64,000 bases of DNA from an uncultured virus (IMG/VR IMGVR_UViG_3300003876_000001) (IMGVR_UViG_3300003876_000001:1-64000); one strand, 5' to 3'; positions 10,201-19,580 are shown, counted from the first letter of the stretch. The notes: generated by a model from the sequence alone, not told the origin. A program made the numbers and translations.

Positions 10201-10929
10201 GGTTGTGCCTTGTGTAGCAGCTTCCATAAAATCATCATCAATTTTAACCGATACATTTGCACCTGTTACTTTAGTACCATCTAATTTGGCATCAATAAAT
10301 GCTTCAGCATCTGGGTGTTTAATTGAAATAGATTCCATTAAAGCACCACGTCTACCATCTTGTGCAACTTCTCTTGTTGTATTTGAGAACCTTTCCATAA
10401 ATGGAACGATACCTGTTGATGTTAATGCAGAATTTTTTACAGGTGAACCTTCAGGTCTTATAAAAGATAAATCTACACCAACACCTGCTCTTCTTTTTTG
10501 TAGTTGTGCAATTTCCTGATCTAATTTAAAAATACCACCATATGAATCTGCTTCATTTTCATTACCAATTACAAAACAATTTGAGATGGATACAATTTGA
10601 AAATCATTTCCAATGCCTGACATTGGTGAACCTTGTGGAACTATTTTCTTAAAATGTTTGATTTTTTCGTATATTTCTTCAGCGAATAAAGGGTTTGTAT
10701 ATTTCTTTTCTATTCTTGCTAATTCTTTTGCTAATCTCCAATGCATATCATCAGGAGTTTTTTCGTAAAGATTACCATCTGAATCTTTTAAACAGTATTT
10801 GTTTATCCAAACTTCTGTTGCTAAATTATCGCCATTAAAATAGGCTAATGTGGCTTCGTGAATTTCATCTCTTGTATATTTAGAATATACTTTACCCTCT
10901 TTAGGTTGTTCTTCTAAAGTTTCTTCCAT
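7267..10929 (-). CDS. nrdJ: Class II (AdoCbl-dependent) ribonucleotide reductase with intein
   Basis: SNCFV, TNP|CGE, TIAPTGT, KGITVYRDGSR, C-terminal Zn ribbon. Confidence 0.93.
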   Translation of the reverse strand: MEETLEEQPKEGKVYSKYTRDEIHEATLAYFNGDNLATEVWINKYCLKDSDGNLYEKTPDDMHWRLAKELARIEKKYTNPLFAEEIYEKIKHFKKIVPQGSPMSGIGNDFQIVSISNCFVIGNENEADSYGGIFKLDQEIAQLQKRRAGVGVDLSFIRPEGSPVKNSALTSTGIVPFMERFSNTTREVAQDGRRGALMESISIKHPDAEAFIDAKLDGTKVTGANVSVKIDDDFMEAATQGTTYTQQYPINSNNPTFTKEVNASKIWKKIIHNAWDKAEPGILYWDTLINESVPDCYSDLGFKTISTNPCLTLDSNIMTDKGNKTVEELIGVKFIAMVDGGFYSSTDKGFFITGENRDVFQITTKKGFKIKSTDNHEFKQVLEINRNDKKYKWTELKNFQIGDTINLNNNIGMNWNGEGNFEEGWLIGSLLGDGTFDNESAILRYWGEDRKETKNYAIECIKNNLKYRLDLGNSKDDLEIEQVKSVNLKKLSYEYGVLNDKRINNKIEKASSKFYKGFLCGWFDADGTVNNNIEKGVNVRLASSILENLYVAQRMLSKIGIISTVYENRREEQYKKMPDGNGGYKMYKTKSQHELSISKDNLLIFQEEINFIENSKKNKLKNALNNLDRGLYRERFVDTIKSIEYVGVENVYDCQIPDKNEFDANGISTHNCGEIPLCANDSCRLLAINLFGYVVNPFTDNAFFDWESFKIDVRIAEKLMDDIIDLELEKIDKILAKIDSDPEDLHIRETERNLWVSIKDKAERGRRTGLGITAEGDMLAALGLTYGTDEANKFSEEVHKQLKLEAYRSSVYMARDRGAFPMYDTERELNNPFIQRIKDEDSDLYDMMVMYGRRNLALLTIAPTGTVSIMTQTTSGIEPVFLVYYTRRRKINPNDKNVRVDFTDELGDTWMEYPVFHHNFVTWLEVNGYDVEDIIEHYTSDQINELVKLSPYYGATSNDVDWVKKVEMQGMVQKHIDHSISVTVNLPNDVTEETVANVYEAGWKHGCKGITVYRDGSRSGVLVTETEKKKKEKDKLFKDNHAPKRPKRLKAEIIRFQNNLEKWIGVVGMMDGRPYEVFTGRMQNGLSELPTSLIECEVVKVRDENGIKRYDIEYVDSNGEKAVHTGLNHTFNEEYWNYAKMISSVLRHGMPIIYVLDLIQSLNLNDEHLNTWKNGVARVIKKYINDGEKGNGTCPNCGSDNLEYKEGCLTCVSCGNSKCG
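8917..10002 (-). mobile_element. Intein (362 aa) with LAGLIDADG endonuclease in nrdJ
   Basis: Starts CLTLDS after TNP and ends THN before CGE; internal LIGSLLGDG and FLCGWFDADG. Confidence 0.92.
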
Positions 10930-11149
10930 GTATTTTATATAATTTTATTAAAGTTATTTAAGTATTTCAATGTTAGAATTGATTAACTTTTATCCTATAT
11001 TATTAAATTGGTGTATTTTTAAATACTCACAAAGATTGAAATATTCTTGCAGAAACGCAATTATTTTCAATTATTTTTTAATGTATTTTTTTCATAAAAA
11101 ACAATAGAACTTTAATTGTCTGGCAATGACCATATTAAAATTTTTATAA

Positions 11150-11177
11150 AAAAAAAGGTGTCGAATTCGACACCTTT
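11150..11177 (-). terminator. Intrinsic terminator
   Basis: AAAGGTGTCG/CGACACCTTT hairpin with T-tract on the minus strand. Confidence 0.75.
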
Positions 11178-11205
11178 AAACCTAAACAATTAAACAAAAA
11201 ATATT

Positions 11206-11973
11206 TTATTTCTTAATTTTATCTGAATTTATTTTTTTCTCACCAACAACACCACTACCGTCTGTGACTGTTGACATTAGATTTGCACTATCACTAGTAA
11301 AAGTTGCACTAGATTTACTCATACCTCTATAATTAGTTGAAGCCATTGATAGTGTATCAAATACTACTGCATTTCCAGTAGTACTATTGGTATAGCTTAA
11401 CGTACTACCACGACTAACACCAATTGCACTTGAAGCAACTGTTGCATCTTGATCAGCAGCTAAATAAAGAAATTGCCAATCTTGCTTTTCTTGTTTACTA
11501 ATAAGTGTCTTAATTGAACTCTGAGTGAATTCTCTACTTGCATTTTCATGCCCATCAGTCACAATTGCAAATAAAACCTTATCTGGTCTATCTGCTTTCT
11601 TCATTTTTTTATGTGCAGCAGATATATCAGTAATAGCTTTACCAATTGCATCATATAATGCAGTCAGACCATTACCATACCAATCTTCTTGTGTTAAATG
11701 TTCTACATTATTAAGTGAAACATCATTGAATAGTAATTCATAACCATTATTTTCACCACCTGAAGAGAATGTTGCAACAGTTAAAGATGCTTCATCACCA
11801 AGTTTTTTCTGATCATCAATGAATTTATTAAATCCATCTCTTGCTTCATCTATAATTGAGTTCATTGAACTTGAAGCATCTAATATGCAAACAATTTGGG
11901 TCTTGCTTGCTACAACTTCTTCTGTTACCACAGTTGTCGTGGTTGTCTTTTTTACCGTTTTTTTCTTTGTCAT
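11206..11973 (-). CDS. vWA domain protein
   Basis: MIDAS motif ILDASSSM, TALYDAIG, VTDGHENAS. Confidence 0.88.
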   Translation of the reverse strand: MTKKKTVKKTTTTTVVTEEVVASKTQIVCILDASSSMNSIIDEARDGFNKFIDDQKKLGDEASLTVATFSSGGENNGYELLFNDVSLNNVEHLTQEDWYGNGLTALYDAIGKAITDISAAHKKMKKADRPDKVLFAIVTDGHENASREFTQSSIKTLISKQEKQDWQFLYLAADQDATVASSAIGVSRGSTLSYTNSTTGNAVVFDTLSMASTNYRGMSKSSATFTSDSANLMSTVTDGSGVVGEKKINSDKIKK

Positions 11974-12430
11974 TTTTAAACAGGGATTAAAATAATATTA
12001 TTATCCTGTAAATATATAACAATTATTTTGTATTGTCAAGATTTTGACAATAGAATTTAAAAAAAGTGATTTATCTTAAATCACCTATTTCAGAATTGAG
12101 CATTATTTCGTCATTATCTTCTTCTGTTTTCTTTTTTGTTTTTACTTTTTTAGCTAATTTTAACTTACCTTTATAGAGTCTTTCGTTTAATAATGTGTCC
12201 ATATGACCTTCCTTTTGTTCGACATCATATTCAAATAGAACACCTTCAGTATTTTCTAAACAAAGTTCTTTTAAATCTTCTTCCGAATAAGCCATTGCAA
12301 TTAGACTGTCCTGTTCTTTATTCGAATATAGCGAGTAGTATATCAATTTTTTCTTCATACATTCTTTTACGTATAAATAAAGATATATGTTACAAAAACA
12401 CAACAATTATTAAATTATATTTTACATTAT

Positions 12431-12652
12431 TCAAGTATAATCATGGCAACAATCTTCATTTGCTTCAACAGATTGATCCCAATACCATTCACATGATCTA
12501 AATTCTGCTGGATCGTCACCACAACCATAAGAAGTTTCTCTAAATCTAGATTCAACTTCCCATGCTTCATATTCTTCAGGAAAACGACCAACTAACCATC
12601 GATCATTCCCTTCACAAGATACAAATTCAATTTCCCATAATCTAGTTTCCAT
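12431..12652 (-). CDS. Hypothetical acidic protein
   Basis: 73-aa ORF. Confidence 0.5.
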   Translation of the reverse strand: METRLWEIEFVSCEGNDRWLVGRFPEEYEAWEVESRFRETSYGCGDDPAEFRSCEWYWDQSVEANEDCCHDYT

Positions 12653-12657
12653 AATTT

Positions 12658-13095
12658 TTAATTTAATTCATTAACATACCAACTATATTGCGTTGCTGTT
12701 CTTCTCATATGACAATTAGCACAACGCACATCACATTTTTTAATTTCTTTCATTATTGTTTCCCAAGAGTATCCACCATTTGTCATTGTTGAAAGTTGGT
12801 ATTTTTTATTATTAAGATGATCAAACTGTAAAACTATTGGATCATCTTCACCGCAATCTACACATGAATGGGTTGATTTATATTCAAATATCTTTTTTCT
12901 ATTTTCATCAATTCTTCTTTTATTTCCAATACTTATTTGTTTTCTCATTTTTTCATTATTCTCACTATAATATTTTTTTGAATGTGATCTCATACATTCT
13001 TTACAATAGTTATTGTGACCATCTTTACGAGATTTGTTTTTACTAAATTCATCAATCTCTTTTTCATCTTTACATTTACTACATATTTTTTTCAT
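12658..13095 (-). CDS. HNH endonuclease with N-terminal Zn finger
   Basis: CSKC..CKEC, CVDCG, FDH, CANCH. Confidence 0.8.
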   Translation of the reverse strand: MKKICSKCKDEKEIDEFSKNKSRKDGHNNYCKECMRSHSKKYYSENNEKMRKQISIGNKRRIDENRKKIFEYKSTHSCVDCGEDDPIVLQFDHLNNKKYQLSTMTNGGYSWETIMKEIKKCDVRCANCHMRRTATQYSWYVNELN

Positions 13096-13144
13096 ATTAT
13101 CAGCTTTTAAATATAAATACTATTTAAAAACCAAAAGTAACTAG

Positions 13145-13217
13145 TACCACCAGAGGGACTTGAACCCTCAACTCTTCCGTTAAAAGCGGAATACTCTACC
13201 AATTGAGTTATGATGGC
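13145..13217 (-). tRNA. tRNA-Lys(TTT)
   Basis: Cloverleaf; TTCCG-CTTTTAA-CGGAA. Confidence 0.92.
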
Positions 13218-13268
13218 ATATTTTATCTTTATATTGTAACAATTAAAACAATTTAAAGATAATTATTG

Positions 13269-13351
13269 TACATCGGGTGGGATTCGAACCCACGTTGTTG
13301 CGAACAACCCTGATTAAAAGTCAGGTGCATAAGCCTCTCTGCCACCGATGT
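13269..13351 (-). tRNA. tRNA-Lys(TTT) with long variable arm
   Basis: CCTGA-CTTTTAA-TCAGG; V arm GTTGT-TCGCA-ACAAC; perfect acceptor and T stems. Confidence 0.85.
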
Positions 13352-13513
13352 ATTTAGTAATTTTTAGAGATAAGTACCGAAAAACAATACTTTACTCAAA
13401 TTATTACTATATCGCATATCGCAATACACGATATTTGATTATAATATATTAATAATCAACAAATTAAAAATTTTTATTTTGATTTGCGATACACTACACA
13501 ATGTGTAGTGTTG

Positions 13514-13586
13514 TGCATCCGAAGGGAGTCGAACCCTTATCTCGATAATTAAGAGTTACCTACTTTACCAGTTAAGTTACGGATGC
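13514..13586 (-). tRNA. tRNA-Lys(CTT)
   Basis: GGTAA-CTCTTAA-TTATC; acceptor GCATCCG/CGGATGC. Confidence 0.9.
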
Positions 13587-13783
13587 ATAGGAGAACCTCT
13601 ACACACCCGAAAGGGGAAATGTAGAAGGTCTACTGTTTATGTTTAAATTTAGTTCTCATTATATTAATTCTTTATCTTCGAACAAATCTCTTTGTCCATT
13701 AAATTCATTTAAAAGTGTTTGTTCACCTAATCTTGCTCTTACTTTATCAATCCATTCATTTGTTTTTACTTTGGACATCCAAA

Positions 13784-14131
13784 CTAATTCAGCAGCTTTT
13801 CATTTAATTTAATTACAAAAACATTTTTCTTTGAAGTTCTCACCATTAGAAACTTCCTTAATTCTTCAGTTAAACTATTGGTAATATTTGATGTTGCTAA
13901 ATTTTCTATACCGAAAATCTGTAACTGCAATTGCCAAATATCTCTATCCATTAAGCTAAACATTAAATCTCCAATATCCATAAAGAAATCCTTATGAATG
14001 AAATCTATGTCAATCTCTATGTCACCTTCAATAGTTTCTCCATTAACTCTGATTTGCTTTTGGGCAATCCTAGTTTTGAAGTCTTTTGAAAAGACACCAC
14101 TTCCATGCAATATTTCACTTAACCTTACCAT
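13784..14131 (-). CDS. S4-like RNA-binding protein resembling the TyrRS C-terminal domain
   Basis: LSEILHGSGV..IAQKQIRVNGETI and C-terminal FLMVRTSKKNVFVI. Confidence 0.5.
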   Translation of the reverse strand: MVRLSEILHGSGVFSKDFKTRIAQKQIRVNGETIEGDIEIDIDFIHKDFFMDIGDLMFSLMDRDIWQLQLQIFGIENLATSNITNSLTEELRKFLMVRTSKKNVFVIKLNEKLLN

Positions 14132-14315
14132 TATTTTATCATTTTAAATTATCCATAATAATAAATTTTCCAATTATCAGGTAAATATTCTGATAATGGA
14201 ATTATATTATTTTTATCAATAAGTCCTTCATGTACCATTCTATGACAATTTTAATATTGTTTTTTGAACTATATTACTTTTTAATATAGTCTAATTCAAT
14301 TAACAATGTTAATTG

Positions 14316-14396
14316 TTGTACGGAAGGGAATCGAACCCCCATAGCCGAAGCAGCACATTTACAGTGTGCGGAACTCACCACCTGTTCAACCGTACA
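14316..14396 (-). tRNA. tRNA-Tyr(GTA)
   Basis: GCACA-CTGTAAA-TGTGC, long V arm, acceptor TGTACGG/CCGTACA. Confidence 0.92.
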
Positions 14397-14405
14397 ATAT
14401 GGCAT

Positions 14406-14439
14406 AAAAAAACCCTGACTCATTTCTGAATCAGGGTTT
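14406..14439 (-). terminator. Attenuator terminator ahead of tRNA-Tyr/Lys operon
   Basis: AAACCCTGATTCA-gaaa-TGAGTCAGGGTTT plus T-tract. Confidence 0.85.
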
Positions 14440-14461
14440 CTATATTTTAAACTTTATGGCT

Positions 14462-14545
14462 TTAGCCACCAAAGTTAGTACATAGAATACCTGATCCAGT
14501 ATCTGGATAGTTTTTATATTTCTTATATGTATTAACTTTTGTCAT
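14462..14545 (-). CDS. Putative attenuation leader peptide MTKVNTYKKYKNYPDTGSGILCTNFGG
   Basis: 27-aa ORF with TAT AAG AAA TAT AAA AAC TAT run, followed by antiterminator, terminator and tRNA-Tyr/Lys. Confidence 0.75.
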   Translation of the reverse strand: MTKVNTYKKYKNYPDTGSGILCTNFGG

Positions 14546-14644
14546 GATTTCTAATTTATTTTGGTGGTATTACACTACCACCAGTTATGTCTTTTTTACT
14601 TATTATAATATCTTTTTTCATTAATTGTTTACAAAAATCGTTTA

Positions 14645-14675
14645 TAAATACGTAACATGCAAGAAAAAGGTTACA
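14645..14675 (-). promoter_or_regulatory. Phage promoter TGTAAC-N17-CGTATTTA
   Basis: Recurrent motif upstream of the Tyr/Lys leader. Confidence 0.65.
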
Positions 14676-14680
14676 AATTT

Positions 14681-14989
14681 TTAATAAAATTTAATAAAAG
14701 TGTTTAATTCGTTTAAATATAGTTGAATATGTGGGTATTTTTCAATAAATTTTTCTCTTTCATTTTTATTCCCACACACTAATAAATGCTCATAATATGT
14801 ACTCATTTCAGTTGGGAACATATGTATCGTCCACTTACGGATTTTCTTTCCCTTACTATTGTAGAGATGCTTTCTTGGTATAAATCTATATACTTGTTTT
14901 TTGAAGAACCATAAAAATCTTTCAGTACTTTCAAATCTCAAATATGCTTTATTATTATGTTTATATATAGTGTATTCTGTTAGTTCCAT
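14681..14989 (-). CDS. Hypothetical protein
   Basis: 102-aa ORF preceded by TATATTTG. Confidence 0.55.
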   Translation of the reverse strand: MELTEYTIYKHNNKAYLRFESTERFLWFFKKQVYRFIPRKHLYNSKGKKIRKWTIHMFPTEMSTYYEHLLVCGNKNEREKFIEKYPHIQLYLNELNTFIKFY

Positions 14990-15081
14990 TTTTTTATTTA
15001 TCTACAAATATAAATACTTTTATATCTAATGTAAAATACTATAAAATGAAAAAGGAGCGAATTATCGCCCCTTTATTTTTA

Positions 15082-16179
15082 CTAATTTTCATACCCATCT
15101 CTAAATGGTGTTGACCAGTCTGGTTTAATCATTTTCCAAATTGCTTCAGAATAATTTTTATTATTATACATAGAAAATAATAATCCAGAATGTTTAAATT
15201 CTTTTGCTATTAAAGCAAATTCTTTCTTTCTTTCAAAAGGATCAAATCCATTTTTCAAACTAACTAAATTAGTTACCCTAACGAATTCACGTAATGTTTC
15301 AACTTCAATTTCAATATACATATCATTTAAACCCTTTTCAGTACGTCTAACCCAATTGTAGAATTCATCAGGAACTCTATCAATAACTTCATCCAATCCT
15401 TCACCATTTTTCAATGATTCCCAAATTGTCTTATTAGATACGTTAGTAACGATTCTATGTAATCTGCAATATTCATCGAATTTTACTTTTACACGGAAGC
15501 CATTAGAATAACGTACAACAAATCCTTCTTTGTTATCTTCTTCTAATTCCTTTAATTTAGAAATATCAGATGTTACATCATACTTTTCAACAATAGTAAA
15601 TTCATCAGAGTGATTATACACCATATCATCATATGACATTTCATCACCACCATCAGTATTGATAACACCTAAAAGAACCAAATCTTCAGTCTTACCATAA
15701 TCAATAACAATACGATTTTCAGGATATATAATTTCAAATACATATGTATTATCACCATTTAAAAATCTATAAGAATTTTCAATATTAAGCATGATTTCAC
15801 CACCTTTAATGGCTTGTTCTGATTCAAATGAACCTCTTGAAGCAAATATCCAATCACCTTCATAATTAAATAAAATACCCAATGAACCATCCATTTTTTC
15901 AAATGCTTCAAATGATAAATCAGTTGGAATATCAGAAGGATCGTGTTCTTCTAAATTGAAGAATTTTTTCATGCTTCGACCAACAATATTACCATCGATG
16001 TCAACAAAAAGTCCACGACAAGATAATGTAATTAAATCCCATTCCTTTTCAAATGCACATGTTTTAGAATAATTTAGAACCCATATATCTTTAGTTGGGT
16101 GTTTATTAGTAATTAATAAACCCTTTTCAATATATTCATTAATAACACTCCATTCTATTTTAGTAAGTATTTTTTCCAT
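15082..16179 (-). CDS. rnlA: T4 RNA ligase 1-like (RnlA)
   Basis: CRGL, KKFFN, EKMDGSLG, SRGSF, FEII, EGFVV, KVKFDEY. Confidence 0.9.
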   Translation of the reverse strand: MEKILTKIEWSVINEYIEKGLLITNKHPTKDIWVLNYSKTCAFEKEWDLITLSCRGLFVDIDGNIVGRSMKKFFNLEEHDPSDIPTDLSFEAFEKMDGSLGILFNYEGDWIFASRGSFESEQAIKGGEIMLNIENSYRFLNGDNTYVFEIIYPENRIVIDYGKTEDLVLLGVINTDGGDEMSYDDMVYNHSDEFTIVEKYDVTSDISKLKELEEDNKEGFVVRYSNGFRVKVKFDEYCRLHRIVTNVSNKTIWESLKNGEGLDEVIDRVPDEFYNWVRRTEKGLNDMYIEIEVETLREFVRVTNLVSLKNGFDPFERKKEFALIAKEFKHSGLLFSMYNNKNYSEAIWKMIKPDWSTPFRDGYEN

Positions 16180-16387
16180 TTTTCTTATTATATTTATAAT
16201 TATATACAGTCCTTTTATTAATATTAAGTTTTTCTGCTATAATTTTTGGTTCTACATTTTCATTTAATAAATTATCTATTTTTCTATTTAATAAACCATA
16301 TTTATAATATTTTGTCTTAGTTAAATAATTTTTTTTAAAGTCAATATATTTTTTATATTTAGGACTATCAATATATATTGGGTCATT

Positions 16388-16795
16388 CTATAACCAATCA
16401 CTAAATTCAATTCCTATTTTACCCAAAAATTTAATTTCATAAAATTTATTATTAACTTTTCTTAGTTTAGGTTTTGTAGGTAATAAATTTATAATACTAT
16501 CTTTAAAATCTTCATTACCAAAAAAACTAATATAATAATAGTCAGTTGTTGAACTATTATATATTCCAACACAACCATCACCCTCAACATAACCCTGTAA
16601 AAATTCATTAAACAATGCAATGTTATTATATTTATACGTAAAACTTTTGTTTGGGGTTACATTATGTTCATTTAATTTTGTAACCATATTTTTTGATGTA
16701 ATAGTGATTGAATGTGCTAATTCATGTGTTGTTTTTTTGTGATATATTTTACCATCATATTCCAACCATTTTTGAACCATTTCAATTAATTTCAA
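16388..16795 (-). CDS. LAGLIDADG homing endonuclease fragment
   Basis: FLQGYVEGDG motif; appears truncated or frameshifted. Confidence 0.6.
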   Translation of the reverse strand: MKLIEMVQKWLEYDGKIYHKKTTHELAHSITITSKNMVTKLNEHNVTPNKSFTYKYNNIALFNEFLQGYVEGDGCVGIYNSSTTDYYYISFFGNEDFKDSIINLLPTKPKLRKVNNKFYEIKFLGKIGIEFSDWL

Positions 16796-16848
16796 ATCAT
16801 TATCACCTATAAATACTCTTTCAAATTAAAAATATTATAAAATGGTTA

Positions 16849-17343
16849 CTATCTTTTAGGTCTTATTTGGTGGATAATTCTTTTTCCTTTAAAGACTATA
16901 TCCAAATTAAATATACCAATATCTATAAGTTCGTTTAAGAATTTAAATAATACTTCCTTACCTCTATCTTTATGTGCAATTTCTCTTCCTTTAAAGAATA
17001 CATGTATGTTAATTACACTTCCCTTTTCAAGAAATTTTCTAGCTTGTTTTACTTTTACATTCAAATCATTGTCAGTAATATTTGGAGTAAATTTTATTTC
17101 TTTTAGTTTTGGAGAACTACTTTTCTTTTCATTCTTTTTTTGATTATATGTGAATTTATTATAATCCATAATCTTACAAATAGCAGGTGACTCGTTTGGA
17201 TTTATTAATACCAAGTCTAACCCTTCTGTATTTGCTAAATTTAATGCTTCGGCAGTTGGTATAATATTATTTTCATAAATTTGATGTCCTACTAATCTAA
17301 TTTCAGAGCCTCTTATTCTTTCATTAAGAATATGTTTTTTCAT
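16849..17343 (-). CDS. infC: Translation initiation factor IF-3
   Basis: NERIR, GLDLV, CKIMDY, KEIKF, FKGRE. Confidence 0.95.
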   Translation of the reverse strand: MKKHILNERIRGSEIRLVGHQIYENNIIPTAEALNLANTEGLDLVLINPNESPAICKIMDYNKFTYNQKKNEKKSSSPKLKEIKFTPNITDNDLNVKVKQARKFLEKGSVINIHVFFKGREIAHKDRGKEVLFKFLNELIDIGIFNLDIVFKGKRIIHQIRPKR

Positions 17344-17352
17344 TTATTTTAT

Positions 17353-18396
17353 TTACTTTAAATACTCATATTTCTTAAAAACAAATATTGGTTCATATTT
17401 AAATGCTGATGTTCTATTTTTCATGTTTGGATTTGATAATGCCAATTTTAATGTGTCAACATGTTTAAATCCACAACTAATTGCTGTATCGATAGTTGCT
17501 TGTTCTAGTGAAATATTGTTATTTTTCTTTGAGTCAGCAATATTAATTAACATGTGTCCATTATTTTTTAAACCGTAATAACAATTATTAAAAGTGTTTT
17601 TTAAAAAACCACTAACCCAATCTTGTTTATTACTATATTTAATATAGCTTTGACTATCTTCATCCGAATATTTTTCTAAATCAAAATATGGTGGAGATGT
17701 AAAACATAAATTTAATGAATTTTTTTCAGGTATAAATATTTCACTACCTTGTGCTGATAAAACAAATTCCATATTAACACCAACTTTTGATATTAATTTA
17801 GATAAATCAACCAATCCAAGAAATGTTTTTATTGATGGTTCAGTTGTAATATATTTCTTAACGCTACTTATCGCAGCACCAAGCATTCTACCTCCCCAAC
17901 CACCAGACATATCCCATACAACACCATTAGCTGCATATTTATCATATATTGCTGCTGCTGCTGTTGGTCTAAAATTAGAAACACCTTGTGTATTGGTAAA
18001 CATTTTTAACATTTTTCGAATTCCAGCATCTGAAATAAATGTTCCTATTTGTAATCGTTTACTAATCACTTCCATAAAAAAATCATCATTATTAAATACT
18101 TCTATGGGTGTTTTTTTATTATTACATTTAACATCAAATGAGTGTGGAAAGTATGACCATGCAAGACCAAGACCATGCATTGTTTGTTTAACAATTCCAT
18201 TTTCAATTAATTCAGAATAATTATATTTTTGAAGTTTATTAAATTCCCTTTTACGATATTCATCATCCGTTGGATAATATGGAAATCCATTCTCACAATA
18301 GTATTTAAAAATTTTTGTTTGATATGATAATAATTCAATTTCTGTCATATTCACCCAATGTGATTTGTTTTTAAAGATTTCTGATTTATTAATCAT
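17353..18396 (-). CDS. DNA methyltransferase (amino-MTase type)
   Basis: SNFRP, DMSGGWGGR SAM-binding motif, FTSPPY. Confidence 0.82.
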   Translation of the reverse strand: MINKSEIFKNKSHWVNMTEIELLSYQTKIFKYYCENGFPYYPTDDEYRKREFNKLQKYNYSELIENGIVKQTMHGLGLAWSYFPHSFDVKCNNKKTPIEVFNNDDFFMEVISKRLQIGTFISDAGIRKMLKMFTNTQGVSNFRPTAAAAIYDKYAANGVVWDMSGGWGGRMLGAAISSVKKYITTEPSIKTFLGLVDLSKLISKVGVNMEFVLSAQGSEIFIPEKNSLNLCFTSPPYFDLEKYSDEDSQSYIKYSNKQDWVSGFLKNTFNNCYYGLKNNGHMLINIADSKKNNNISLEQATIDTAISCGFKHVDTLKLALSNPNMKNRTSAFKYEPIFVFKKYEYLK

Positions 18397-18486
18397 TTTA
18401 TTCTATATTTTATTATATATTTTTTTATCATTTTATAAAATTTTACATAAGAAAAATAAGTATTTATTTTTATATAATCTAAACTT

Positions 18487-18744
18487 ATGAAACTAAAAAA
18501 ATACATATTATTTTTATTATTATTATTATTACCATATTCATGTGTTACATTAAAGAAAACAAATAAATATCCAATTAATTCTGCATGGTATTATGATGAT
18601 GGTGATCATCGTATTATTGTTTATATTGATCGTATTTCAATTATCGAAGGTATATTAATTAGGGATACTAAAGTTAGAAATGATAGTATGGTCTTTGGTC
18701 GAGTTAATAGAAAGTATTTATATCCTATTGTCATTGTAGATTAA
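18487..18744 (+). CDS. Putative lipoprotein
   Basis: Basic N-terminus, hydrophobic stretch, YSC lipobox-like. Confidence 0.5.
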   Translation: MKLKKYILFLLLLLLPYSCVTLKKTNKYPINSAWYYDDGDHRIIVYIDRISIIEGILIRDTKVRNDSMVFGRVNRKYLYPIVIVD

Positions 18745-19241
18745 ATAAAATATTTTGAAGGTACTTCTTCTGTTAAATATATTCCATTTTCAGATTTATA
18801 AAATTCATAACCATCTTTATTCAATTGTTTTGCATCAATAGTAATCATCCAAATTTTATTTTGATATTTGGCATATCTCATTCCTACCGAATATGCAGTT
18901 TCTCTATTATCTGTTAAATGAACATGATTTCTATTCATTTTATTTAAACCACTCTTATGTATTTTTTCAGCATTAGCTATTGTAGTACCATGATATAATA
19001 AATCTGGTGGTAATATTCTTTTCATTTTAAGATCAACATCAATAGAATGTCCTTGTGCTGCACGTATCATTGTTTCATCAGCATTAAAACTAAATCTTTT
19101 TTTATCATTATTATCGATAATCCACTTGAGATCAGTAATTGTGATTTCAAGTTTATTTATTAATTCATCAACTAAGACATAACCTTGAGAATCAAGATTT
19201 AAATCTTCTTTCTCTGGTTTATGTCTTAATAATAATGACAT
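18741..19241 (-). CDS. kptA: RNA 2'-phosphotransferase (Tpt1/KptA)
   Basis: LRH, KKRF, IRAAQGHS, LYHGT, RNHVHL. Confidence 0.93.
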   Translation of the reverse strand: MSLLLRHKPEKEDLNLDSQGYVLVDELINKLEITITDLKWIIDNNDKKRFSFNADETMIRAAQGHSIDVDLKMKRILPPDLLYHGTTIANAEKIHKSGLNKMNRNHVHLTDNRETAYSVGMRYAKYQNKIWMITIDAKQLNKDGYEFYKSENGIYLTEEVPSKYFI

Positions 19242-19270
19242 ATATCATCCTTTATCTTTTAAAAATTTAC

Positions 19271-19540
19271 TCATGTTAAAAACCCAATTACCATTAAAAG
19301 ATTTTCTCTATTATATGGTATGTTTTCTGTTATAGTAACATAATTTTGATTATCGTCCATAGTATCAATATTAATCATTGCTTTATTTTGAAAATCTTGG
19401 ACATCTATTAGGCATTTACCTAGAACGAAATGTTTAATTTTTTTTGTATACCAAACCCCTAAATTATCATCAAAACCATCTTTTTTAAAACCTAGTGATT
19501 TTAAAAATTTTATTTCTTTTTTGTTATTTTCTATTACCAT
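19271..19540 (-). CDS. Hypothetical protein
   Basis: 89-aa ORF. Confidence 0.5.
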   Translation of the reverse strand: MVIENNKKEIKFLKSLGFKKDGFDDNLGVWYTKKIKHFVLGKCLIDVQDFQNKAMINIDTMDDNQNYVTITENIPYNRENLLMVIGFLT

Positions 19541-19580
19541 AATTCAAAAATACATAAATCTCCTGACAATTGCAAGAGAT

